Source: Bdellovibrionales bacterium | GTDB lineage: Bacteria; Bdellovibrionota; Bdellovibrionia; Bdellovibrionales; JAMPXM01 | DNA length: 12,188 bases | Direction: 5' to 3' | NCBI GenBank assembly: GCA_043739185.1 | Contig: JAYUEN010000364.1 | Span: forward strand, 1 to 12,188 | Part shown: piece by piece, positions 1 to 6,793 of the stretch | Position numbering within the stretch: position 1 is the stretch's first letter | How the letters are laid out: each line of letters starts with the position of its first letter | Program-made: the position numbers and the translations under genes | Notes under the pieces: model-generated | What the model was told of the DNA's origin: nothing | Seen by the model: only the letters and a program-made list of their open reading frames with translations | The model's database searches: none

Positions 1-123
1 TTGAGATCGCCCATGATTCACCCACTCAATCTCATTCAAATTATTTCAATGAGAAAAACAGACCCACAACTACTCAGAGAAACTCTTGCCGGCATTGCGA
101 CTGGTATGATGACCACTGGATAG
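1..123 (+). CDS. ppc: Phosphoenolpyruvate carboxylase, C-terminal end (5'-partial, continues left of window)
   Basis: Manual frame +1 translation gives LRSPMIHPLNLIQIISMRKTDPQLLRETLAGIATGMMTTG*, with TAG at 121-123. This matches the conserved PEPC C-terminal pattern LRnPy.dPLn.lQ...T..GIA.GM.nTG*. Confidence 0.85.
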   Translation: MRSPMIHPLNLIQIISMRKTDPQLLRETLAGIATGMMTTG

Positions 124-158
124 ATTGTCTTGGTTCTTATTATTCAGAAGTTTATGTC

Positions 159-195
159 AAAAAAATAGCAAACTCCTTTTCGAGAGTTTGCTATT
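159..195 (-). terminator. Intrinsic terminator of porin gene A; possibly also serves the convergent ppc
   Basis: Perfect 12-bp inverted repeat AATAGCAAACTC (164-175) / GAGTTTGCTATT (184-195) with an 8-nt loop. The A7 run at 159-165 gives a U-tract on the - strand. It lies 45 bp downstream of the stop at 241. Confidence 0.85.
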
Positions 196-240
196 AGCAA
201 AGCTTAAGTTTTCTTTAAAAAATCCTAATTCGCAATGAAA

Positions 241-1392
241 CTACTTCAGCAAATCTGCAGCAAAGCGAATACCTGCCACGATTTGTTGCTGAGCTTGGTT
301 TGTAGTCGCAGCACCTGTTCCAAGATCAGTATTACCGGCTGAGTTTGTATAAACTAAATGGTAACGGAAATTCTCATCCTTCTTAGGATAATATTCAACA
401 CCAAGTTGAAAGGCATTGGTATTTACAACTTGCTTTTGAGTCGCCGTTTTATCCACGTTTTGAGTAGACATCTCATAAGCAGCAAATGGCTTCATCCCAT
501 CCATTTTATAACGAGCCAAAACATAGAGTGTATTAGTCGTATCGGTCTGGCCAACAGTCGTCAAATCGGCAAAGCTATTAGCCAAGTAGTCCGCTTCAAC
601 ATCAACAACCGGAATTGTATACTTTAAACTCGCATTCATAAATGTTGCTATTTTGCGTGCGGTACTTCCTGTTTGATTTTGAATGTTCTCGGTTCCGTAA
701 CCAAGGTTTGGCTGAAGACTATCACCCAAGAATTTACCACGGTAATTTGCGCCAACAAAGGTGCCAGCATTATTAGGAATTGTTCCACCATTAACAGTCG
801 AGCTATTGCCGACGTCAGCTACTTGCAATCTTACAAATTGGCCGTTTGAATCGTATTTTAATACTGCGCCAGTGAGATACGACATATTTAAAACAACCAT
901 TTCTAAGAAGGCCTTATTATAATAATTGTAGGCATCTTGTGGATCATAGAATCCAGACCAGCCACCAAGGATTGACTTTGTTTTACCCGCAGTAAGTTCA
1001 AGCTCTGGAGTAAATTTATGCGCTACAAAAGCTAAGTCGAAAAAACTTGAAATATTGTCAGCAGGCCCGGGATATCCTACTGTTTTATTATTATTTGCGA
1101 AGGCCATACGAAAGCGATAGGTGTTCTCTTCGCCAATCTTACCCATGAAGTCCGCTCTAAAATATTGAACTTGAAAAACGTTATTTGTGGCTCGTTGGCC
1201 AGCGGCCGAAGGAATTAGAGCTCCTCCAGATACTGCAGGTGTGGATGCATCATCATTATAGCTTTGGCTTAATAAGTCCGCTCGTCCATCGACAATTATA
1301 CTTGAAGTCGAAATCGCAGAATACGCTGCAGGGCTTGCCAAAAGCACAAGACCAGCTGTTGTCATTAATAGTTTCTTAAAAGTTGTACCCAT
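241..1392 (-). CDS. Outer membrane porin-like beta-barrel protein A (resembles Bdellovibrio major OMP Bd0427/PopA), ~383 aa
   Basis: Sec signal peptide MGTTFKKLLMTTAGLVLLASPAAYS/A. Amphipathic beta-strands include FQVQYFRADF, YRFRM, LGVEYYP, FRYHLVY and AGIRF. The motifs FxGKIGExN, AHKF, EADYLxN, KDENFRxH and C-terminal GxRFxADxLK match my recollection of Bd0427-type proteins (not searched). Start moved from 1422 to ATG 1392 because a GGGAGA RBS lies 8 nt upstream of it. Confidence 0.85.
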   Translation of the reverse strand: MGTTFKKLLMTTAGLVLLASPAAYSAISTSSIIVDGRADLLSQSYNDDASTPAVSGGALIPSAAGQRATNNVFQVQYFRADFMGKIGEENTYRFRMAFANNNKTVGYPGPADNISSFFDLAFVAHKFTPELELTAGKTKSILGGWSGFYDPQDAYNYYNKAFLEMVVLNMSYLTGAVLKYDSNGQFVRLQVADVGNSSTVNGGTIPNNAGTFVGANYRGKFLGDSLQPNLGYGTENIQNQTGSTARKIATFMNASLKYTIPVVDVEADYLANSFADLTTVGQTDTTNTLYVLARYKMDGMKPFAAYEMSTQNVDKTATQKQVVNTNAFQLGVEYYPKKDENFRYHLVYTNSAGNTDLGTGAATTNQAQQQIVAGIRFAADLLK

Positions 1393-1436
1393 CTTTGTTG
1401 TCTCCCTTATTTCATTTTGCATTGATCACTACCAAA

Positions 1437-1465
1437 ATCCTATCCACGACAAAAGTGACTGTCAA
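1437..1465 (-). promoter_or_regulatory. Sigma70-type promoter for porin gene A
   Basis: On the - strand: TTGACA (1465-1460), 17-bp spacer, TAGGAT (1442-1437). It sits just downstream of the terminator of gene B and about 45 bp upstream of ATG 1392. Confidence 0.7.
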
Positions 1466-1507
1466 TTCTAATTAAATTGAGGCTGTTAGTCTTGATAAGA
1501 AAAAGGC

Positions 1508-1538
1508 AAAAAAAATCTCCGCTGTTTTCAGCGGAGAT
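1508..1538 (-). terminator. Intrinsic terminator of porin gene B
   Basis: Perfect 10-bp stem ATCTCCGCTG (1515-1524) / CAGCGGAGAT (1529-1538) with a 4-nt loop. The A8 run at 1508-1515 gives a U-tract on the - strand. Confidence 0.9.
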
Positions 1539-1589
1539 CTAAATTCTAATTCTACTTTTTCAATTCATGTTCTTACGAACGCGAATTTA

Positions 1590-2735
1590 TTACTTCAACA
1601 TATCCGCGCGGAATTTGATACCCGCAATGATTTGCTGTTGTGATTGGTTGGTAGTAGCAGCACCAGTACCAAGGTCAGTGTTACCAGCTGAGTTTGTGTA
1701 CACGATATGGTAACGGAAGTTCTCATCCTTCTTAGGATAGTATTCAACACCAAGTTGAAATGCATTGGTCTTTACAACTTGTTTAATCGTCGCAGACTTA
1801 TTCACATTCTGAGTTGACATCTCGTACGCTGCAAATGGCTTCCACTCATCCATTTTGTAGCGAGCCAATACGAATAGTGAATTCGTAGAATCAGTTTGGC
1901 CAATAGTTTGAATGTCAGCATAGCTATTTGCCAAGTAATCAACTTCAACATCAACTACTGGAATTGTGTACTTTAAGCTGGCGTTCATGAAAGTATATTT
2001 TTTGTCAGCAGCACTTCCACCAGCCGTTTGGATATTCTCAGTAGTATAACCAATGTTAGGTTGAAGAGTATCGTTCATGAACTTACCTTTATACACAAAG
2101 CCCAAAAGCGAAGTCGCATTGTTTGGAGTTGTATTGGTCGCAGTCGAGCTGCTTCCTGGATCAGCCCACTCAAGACGAACCGTCTGGCCATTCGCCTCGT
2201 ACTTTGCAACTACACCAGTTAAATAAACGATATTAAGTGCAATAATCTCGTTGTAGGCTCTGACGTAAGTATTGTAAGTGTCTGACGGATCATAAAGGCC
2301 AGTCCAGCCTCCCAATACGCCTCTGGTTTTACCAGCAGTTAATTCGAACTCACTTGAAAACTTATGTGCAATAGATGCATAGTCATAAAATGTTGAAATA
2401 TTATCAGGTGCTGCTGCACCGGCTGCTGCCGAGTTGTTTTTAAAGTTCATTCTGAAGCGATAAGAATTATCTTCGCCAATCTTTCCGCCGAAGTCAGCGC
2501 GAAAGTTCTGAACTTGAAAAACCGTGTTCGTTGCGCGCTGTCCAGCTACTGTTGCTGTGCCGGCTCCACCAGTTGTCGCAGGTGTTGTCGCATCGTCATT
2601 GTAGCTTTGGCTTAATAGATCGGCTCGACCGTCTACTACTATAAATGAGTCCGCAATAGCAGCATGTGCCATCGGCCCCATAAGCAGCATAGTTGCTGCT
2701 CCCAAAATTGTGGAACTCAAAGTCGTTTTTTTCAT
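1590..2735 (-). CDS. Outer membrane porin-like beta-barrel protein B (paralog of A; Bd0427/PopA-like), 381 aa
   Basis: Signal peptide MKKTTLSSTILGAATMLLMGPMAHA/A and an AAGGAG RBS upstream of the ATG. Colinear with gene A over its full length, with 114 of the last 134 residues identical by hand count. Ends AGIKFRADMLK. Confidence 0.87.
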   Translation of the reverse strand: MKKTTLSSTILGAATMLLMGPMAHAAIADSFIVVDGRADLLSQSYNDDATTPATTGGAGTATVAGQRATNTVFQVQNFRADFGGKIGEDNSYRFRMNFKNNSAAAGAAAPDNISTFYDYASIAHKFSSEFELTAGKTRGVLGGWTGLYDPSDTYNTYVRAYNEIIALNIVYLTGVVAKYEANGQTVRLEWADPGSSSTATNTTPNNATSLLGFVYKGKFMNDTLQPNIGYTTENIQTAGGSAADKKYTFMNASLKYTIPVVDVEVDYLANSYADIQTIGQTDSTNSLFVLARYKMDEWKPFAAYEMSTQNVNKSATIKQVVKTNAFQLGVEYYPKKDENFRYHIVYTNSAGNTDLGTGAATTNQSQQQIIAGIKFRADMLK

Positions 2736-2808
2736 GGTTGTCTCCTTATGATTTAATTGAACCTTTAGTTGTAAAATTTCTGAATCCTTTACTCTATTTA
2801 TTAGTCAC

Positions 2809-2837
2809 ATTGCAGCCTTAACTCATGACGCTGTCAA
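2809..2837 (-). promoter_or_regulatory. Putative sigma70-type promoter for porin gene B
   Basis: On the - strand: TTGACA (2837-2832), 17-bp spacer, TGCAAT (2814-2809). The -35 is perfect and the -10 is weak. Confidence 0.5.
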
Positions 2838-2916
2838 CTAACAATTGTAGTATTCACATAAATATTTACCCGACCAAAGTTTGTATGCTTCAAAAAAAAG
2901 CATTGCTTGAAAAGTG

Positions 2917-2958
2917 GATGCAAGTTTCTCATCCGAAGAACTTTGCATCTTTTTTTTT
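2917..2958 (+). terminator. Intrinsic-terminator-like hairpin in the intergenic region upstream of the Ldh_2 gene
   Basis: GATGCAAGTTTCT (2917-2929) pairs with AGAACTTTGCATC (2937-2949) at 12 of 13 positions, including one G-U. The loop is 7 nt and T9 follows immediately (2950-2958). Confidence 0.55.
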
Positions 2959-3074
2959 GCACCGGTCAATGGGCGAGTCTCGCGACGAAAATAGAGTTTT
3001 AAGCAAAACACAAAAGAGAATTCACAAGAAATCAACATTCATTTTTACCAGTGAAGTTCCGATAAATTAAATGC

Positions 3075-4160
3075 ATGAACACTCAATTTTTAGCAGACGA
3101 TTCTAAACTCAAAATCTTTATTGAAAAGCTTTTTGAGGCAAAGGGAATGCCCTCTGAGCACGCTCGGCAATTCGCAGACGTTCTAGTTCTCGCAGATCTC
3201 ATGGGTGTCGTGTCTCATGGTTCGACTCGCACTTCTGGCTATATTACCATGATCGATAAGGGCTGGATTAATGTACAACCCAAAATTCAACTCATATCTG
3301 AAACCGAAACGGTTGCCGTGCTCGATGGCGACAATGGCGCAGGAGCAGTCGCTGGCATTATAGCTATGAATACGGCAATTGCAAAATGTAAAAATCAAGG
3401 CGTGAGTTGCGTAACGCTGAGACAAGCCGGCCATACCGGCATGTCAGGATATTTTCCGTTGATGGCGGCAAAGCAAGGACTCATTTCGATTTGGTTTAAT
3501 AATGCTCCTCGAAACGTGCCTGCGTTTGGTGGTATCACACGTTTACTTGGCACCAATCCCCTTGCAATTTCAATTCCGGTTGGCAGCTACGATCCGATAC
3601 TTTTGGATATGGCGACTACAATTGTGTCAATGGGGCAGGTTCGTCTCGCGCAAAAATTAGGAAACAAAATCCCTTGGTTTTGGGGCTGCGATTTCGCGGG
3701 CAACTCAACCGTTGACCCCAACGCTGTCCTGAATGGTGGATTTCTCAAATGGATTGGATCCTACAAAGGTTATGGTCTCGCACTTCTGATCGAAGCTCTT
3801 ACGAGCGTCTTGAGCGGAGGTAAATTTGGAAAAGAAACTCCGCCTCTCGAAGATTTCGGCACGGGACCCATTATTTCAAACGCAATGGCGATTGTCATTG
3901 ACCCCAGCCGTTTCATTTCAGCTCAAAGCTTTGCTGACAGAATGATCGAGCTTAAAACCCAACTCAAGGGATCAAAATTGGCTGCCGGCGCAAATGAAAT
4001 TCTGCTACCCGGAGAAATGGAATTTCGCTTAAAACGAGAGCGCGAAAACTTAGGTATTCCGATCGGCAAAGTGAATTGGGATGAGCTTGCAAAATTAGCG
4101 CAAGGCCACAAGCTTGATTTTGCGATTGAAAAAGTCAGCAAAGTTTCAAAAGCAGCATAA
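3075..4160 (+). CDS. Ldh_2-family (type 2 malate/L-lactate/sulfolactate/ureidoglycolate-type) NAD(P)-dependent oxidoreductase; substrate unknown
   Basis: 361 aa with family motifs ADLMGVVSHG, DGDNGAG, GHTG, VPAFGG..LGTNPLAI, LDMATT, SYKGYGLALLIE and ILLPGE. Confidence 0.9.
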   Translation: MNTQFLADDSKLKIFIEKLFEAKGMPSEHARQFADVLVLADLMGVVSHGSTRTSGYITMIDKGWINVQPKIQLISETETVAVLDGDNGAGAVAGIIAMNTAIAKCKNQGVSCVTLRQAGHTGMSGYFPLMAAKQGLISIWFNNAPRNVPAFGGITRLLGTNPLAISIPVGSYDPILLDMATTIVSMGQVRLAQKLGNKIPWFWGCDFAGNSTVDPNAVLNGGFLKWIGSYKGYGLALLIEALTSVLSGGKFGKETPPLEDFGTGPIISNAMAIVIDPSRFISAQSFADRMIELKTQLKGSKLAAGANEILLPGEMEFRLKRERENLGIPIGKVNWDELAKLAQGHKLDFAIEKVSKVSKAA

Positions 4161-4181
4161 ATACACATCATTTAATGAAAG

Positions 4182-5567
4182 CTAAATCCCCAAGGCAGTT
4201 TTAATAATTTGCGCCTGCAAATCTAAATTGATTTGTGCTTGGGCGTGTAAGGACTCTGCTTGAATCAAAGCTCCTTGAGCGTTAATTAGATCGCTAAAAT
4301 TAGCGGTCCCCATATCAAAGCGCGCCTGAATAAATTCAAAGGCCTTCTCTGCAGAAATCAGTCCACTGTGAGTGGCCTCGACTTGGCTTCTCGCGGTTTG
4401 AATATTCCCATAGGCTTGACGAACTTCGCTGGTAACCTGGTTACGCCGATCATTTAAATCAAGCCGCGCATTACTTTCGACAATATTCGTTTTCGCTATA
4501 TTAGCCTTGGCCAGGTCTCGATCCAAAATATTCCAAGTGAGGCTTAAGCCTACGGAATAACTGATTTGGTTTCCCAACTGATTGATGATTCCATCTTGCG
4601 CACTGGGTGTCACACTTATATTCGAAACACTTTGATAGGCAAAAATTCGACTATTTGAAAGTGCGCTAAGGTTTACATCTAGACGTGGCAAATTTCCTGA
4701 AGTTGCGCTCTTTTTTTCCCATTCGGCGGCGCTCACTAGTTTTTCAGCGGCACTGATATCGGGTCGATTGGCGAGGGCCGTTTGAATCAATTGAGATTCA
4801 TCACTCGTAGTAATTTGATTCTTATCGAGGTTGGCATGCTTGGGTTCAATGAAATCGTAAGACGAGGTGACTTCAAGGCGAAGTTTTCTCAGTAATGAGA
4901 GCTCACTATTGCGTTCTTGGTTTTTTGAGTTGATGTAAAAATATTCGTCGGCACTGGTCTGCGCCTGCTGTCGGTAAAGATCAAATTTATTTTTTTGGCC
5001 AACTCGTGTCTGAGTCGCCAGCTGAGTTTGTCTTTGCTTTGAATACTCTAAATTCTTTTTTGCAAATTCAACGATTTGATGATTCAGAATGATTTGCAAG
5101 AAGGACTGAGTTACATCCAGTGTGATTTGCTGCTTGGCGCGCTCCAGACTCAGGGACGATGCCGATTTCTTTGCTAAAGCCGAATTTAACTCTGAGCGAC
5201 TCGCTTTGCCATCAAAAATATTATAGTTGCTTGAAACTTGAAGGCTCGAACCATAACTTTGCCCACTGACAACTACGGGCGTACTGGCCGTCACATAGGT
5301 CGTTCCCAGTATTTCTGAAGTTCCAACACTGACCGAAACGCTAGGTAAAAATTGTCCGTAAGCTTGAATGAGCTGGGCCCCTGACATCTCGACATCATTT
5401 CTTGCTCTTACAATTGTAATTGAATTTTGCAGAGCCGTCGCCACCGCCTGCTCAAGACTGAGCTGAACGGCCTTGGCGGCTTTAGGATTTGGACTTTCTA
5501 AGGATTGCGCTGTGGCGTTTAATCCAAAAAAAAATAGTGCTGAAAGTCCCGCAAAAACAAATTTCAT
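4182..5567 (-). CDS. TolC-family outer membrane efflux protein
   Basis: 461 aa with a signal peptide lacking a lipobox Cys. Motifs LSLEQAVATALQN, LPSVSV, ALANRPD, LPRLD and WNILD are present, with two OEP-like repeats. Last gene of the RND cluster. Confidence 0.92.
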   Translation of the reverse strand: MKFVFAGLSALFFFGLNATAQSLESPNPKAAKAVQLSLEQAVATALQNSITIVRARNDVEMSGAQLIQAYGQFLPSVSVSVGTSEILGTTYVTASTPVVVSGQSYGSSLQVSSNYNIFDGKASRSELNSALAKKSASSLSLERAKQQITLDVTQSFLQIILNHQIVEFAKKNLEYSKQRQTQLATQTRVGQKNKFDLYRQQAQTSADEYFYINSKNQERNSELSLLRKLRLEVTSSYDFIEPKHANLDKNQITTSDESQLIQTALANRPDISAAEKLVSAAEWEKKSATSGNLPRLDVNLSALSNSRIFAYQSVSNISVTPSAQDGIINQLGNQISYSVGLSLTWNILDRDLAKANIAKTNIVESNARLDLNDRRNQVTSEVRQAYGNIQTARSQVEATHSGLISAEKAFEFIQARFDMGTANFSDLINAQGALIQAESLHAQAQINLDLQAQIIKTALGI

Positions 5568-5581
5568 GAGCGACCAAATCC

Positions 5582-6790
5582 TTACTTTAATGATTTTTTG
5601 TCGTTCTGCCCTTTTTGGGAGACATCAGTTCCCGAAGCAGGAGTTCGACCCTGCTCGGGTTTATTTGGCAATACGGCCTGAACGTGAGTCCCAGACACTA
5701 TACTATTACCCACGTTGAGCGCCAACATTTCGCCGACCTTCAACCCAGAGAGAACACTCACACTCTTGCCGTCGTTAGCCAATATTTTAATTTCACGATA
5801 CTCGAGAATTCCCGCATCATTAACAACCGCGGCAAACGGCTGGTCTTTTTGAAGTATCAATGCCTGAACCGGAATTTCAATCGATTCGGGAGCATGTATT
5901 TTGAGAGAAACCTTGACGAAACTCCCAGCTACAATTTCACGCTTTCGATTGTCCAACTCTATTTCTGCAGCTAGCATTCGAGTTTTTGCATCCAATTCAG
6001 CAGACATTCGGGTCACCTTGGCATCATAAGAAATATCTGGCCGCTCTGGAATCGTAATTTTAACTATCGATCCTGGCCCAATAAAATGGGCATCTCGTTG
6101 ATCAACATAGACCGATATCCGCAAGCGATCCACCTGCAAAACCGTTAATATCGGCAAGGCACTTGTCTGTGAGTTGGCAGCATTCTGCATGAGGGCGCCC
6201 GCGTCTGCAAATCGCGCGGTCACAACTCCATCAAAAGGCGCACGAATAATGGTATAGGTTTTTCTAATCATGATTGATTCGAGTTTAGCTTTTGCAATTT
6301 CGGCCTCAGCTTTAGCCTGCTGCACTTCTTGAGTCGACGCCAACTGCCGAGCGCCCAAGCGACTCAATCTTTTAGCGATAGACATCTTGTTTTGTTTATC
6401 GGCTTGAGCAGCAACAATTTCTTGAACCAATTCTGGCGATTCAATAGTTGCAAGTATTTGATCTTTGCGGACGAGGTCGCCACGATCGACTTTGACTTCT
6501 TTTAAATAACCGCTGATTTTTGCGTAAAGGGTCACGGTCGCATAAGGATGAGTTTCACCTATGAGACTTAAAGTTCGGTCTCCACTCATTTTAGAAACGG
6601 GAGCAACGCGAACCAATGGGCCTCGACTCAACTCTTTTTCTCTTTCGGCAACTTCTTTTTTCAAAGCCGTATCTTTAGCTTGCGAAGAAATCATAATAGC
6701 ACCAATGGCCACTATAAATATAAGCAGAATTGAAAAGATCAAAGATCCTTTCTTCGATTCCAACTTACTATTTTGTGCGGGACCGGTCAT
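5582..6790 (-). CDS. RND efflux periplasmic adaptor (membrane fusion protein)
   Basis: 402 aa with an N-terminal TM anchor (SLIFSILLIFIVAIGAIMI). Lipoyl-like halves AKISGYLKEVKVDRGDLVRKDQIL and IRAPFDGVVT flank a helical hairpin. Starts 3 bp after the permease stop. Confidence 0.93.
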   Translation of the reverse strand: MTGPAQNSKLESKKGSLIFSILLIFIVAIGAIMISSQAKDTALKKEVAEREKELSRGPLVRVAPVSKMSGDRTLSLIGETHPYATVTLYAKISGYLKEVKVDRGDLVRKDQILATIESPELVQEIVAAQADKQNKMSIAKRLSRLGARQLASTQEVQQAKAEAEIAKAKLESIMIRKTYTIIRAPFDGVVTARFADAGALMQNAANSQTSALPILTVLQVDRLRISVYVDQRDAHFIGPGSIVKITIPERPDISYDAKVTRMSAELDAKTRMLAAEIELDNRKREIVAGSFVKVSLKIHAPESIEIPVQALILQKDQPFAAVVNDAGILEYREIKILANDGKSVSVLSGLKVGEMLALNVGNSIVSGTHVQAVLPNKPEQGRTPASGTDVSQKGQNDKKSLK

Positions 6791-6793
6791 TGG

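Noticed and set aside
1393..1422. N-terminal extension MQNEIRETTK of porin A
   Set aside because: It contains the RBS for ATG 1392, lies immediately after the predicted TSS, and has no counterpart in paralog B.
2825..3070. 81-aa (+) and 66-aa (-, 2838-3038) intergenic ORFs
   Set aside because: No RBS, homopolymer-driven composition, and overlap with promoter and terminator-like elements.
4161..4181. Possible bidirectional terminator between the Ldh_2 and TolC genes
   Set aside because: Only a 5-bp AT-rich dyad (TCATT-T-AATGA), too weak to form a terminator.
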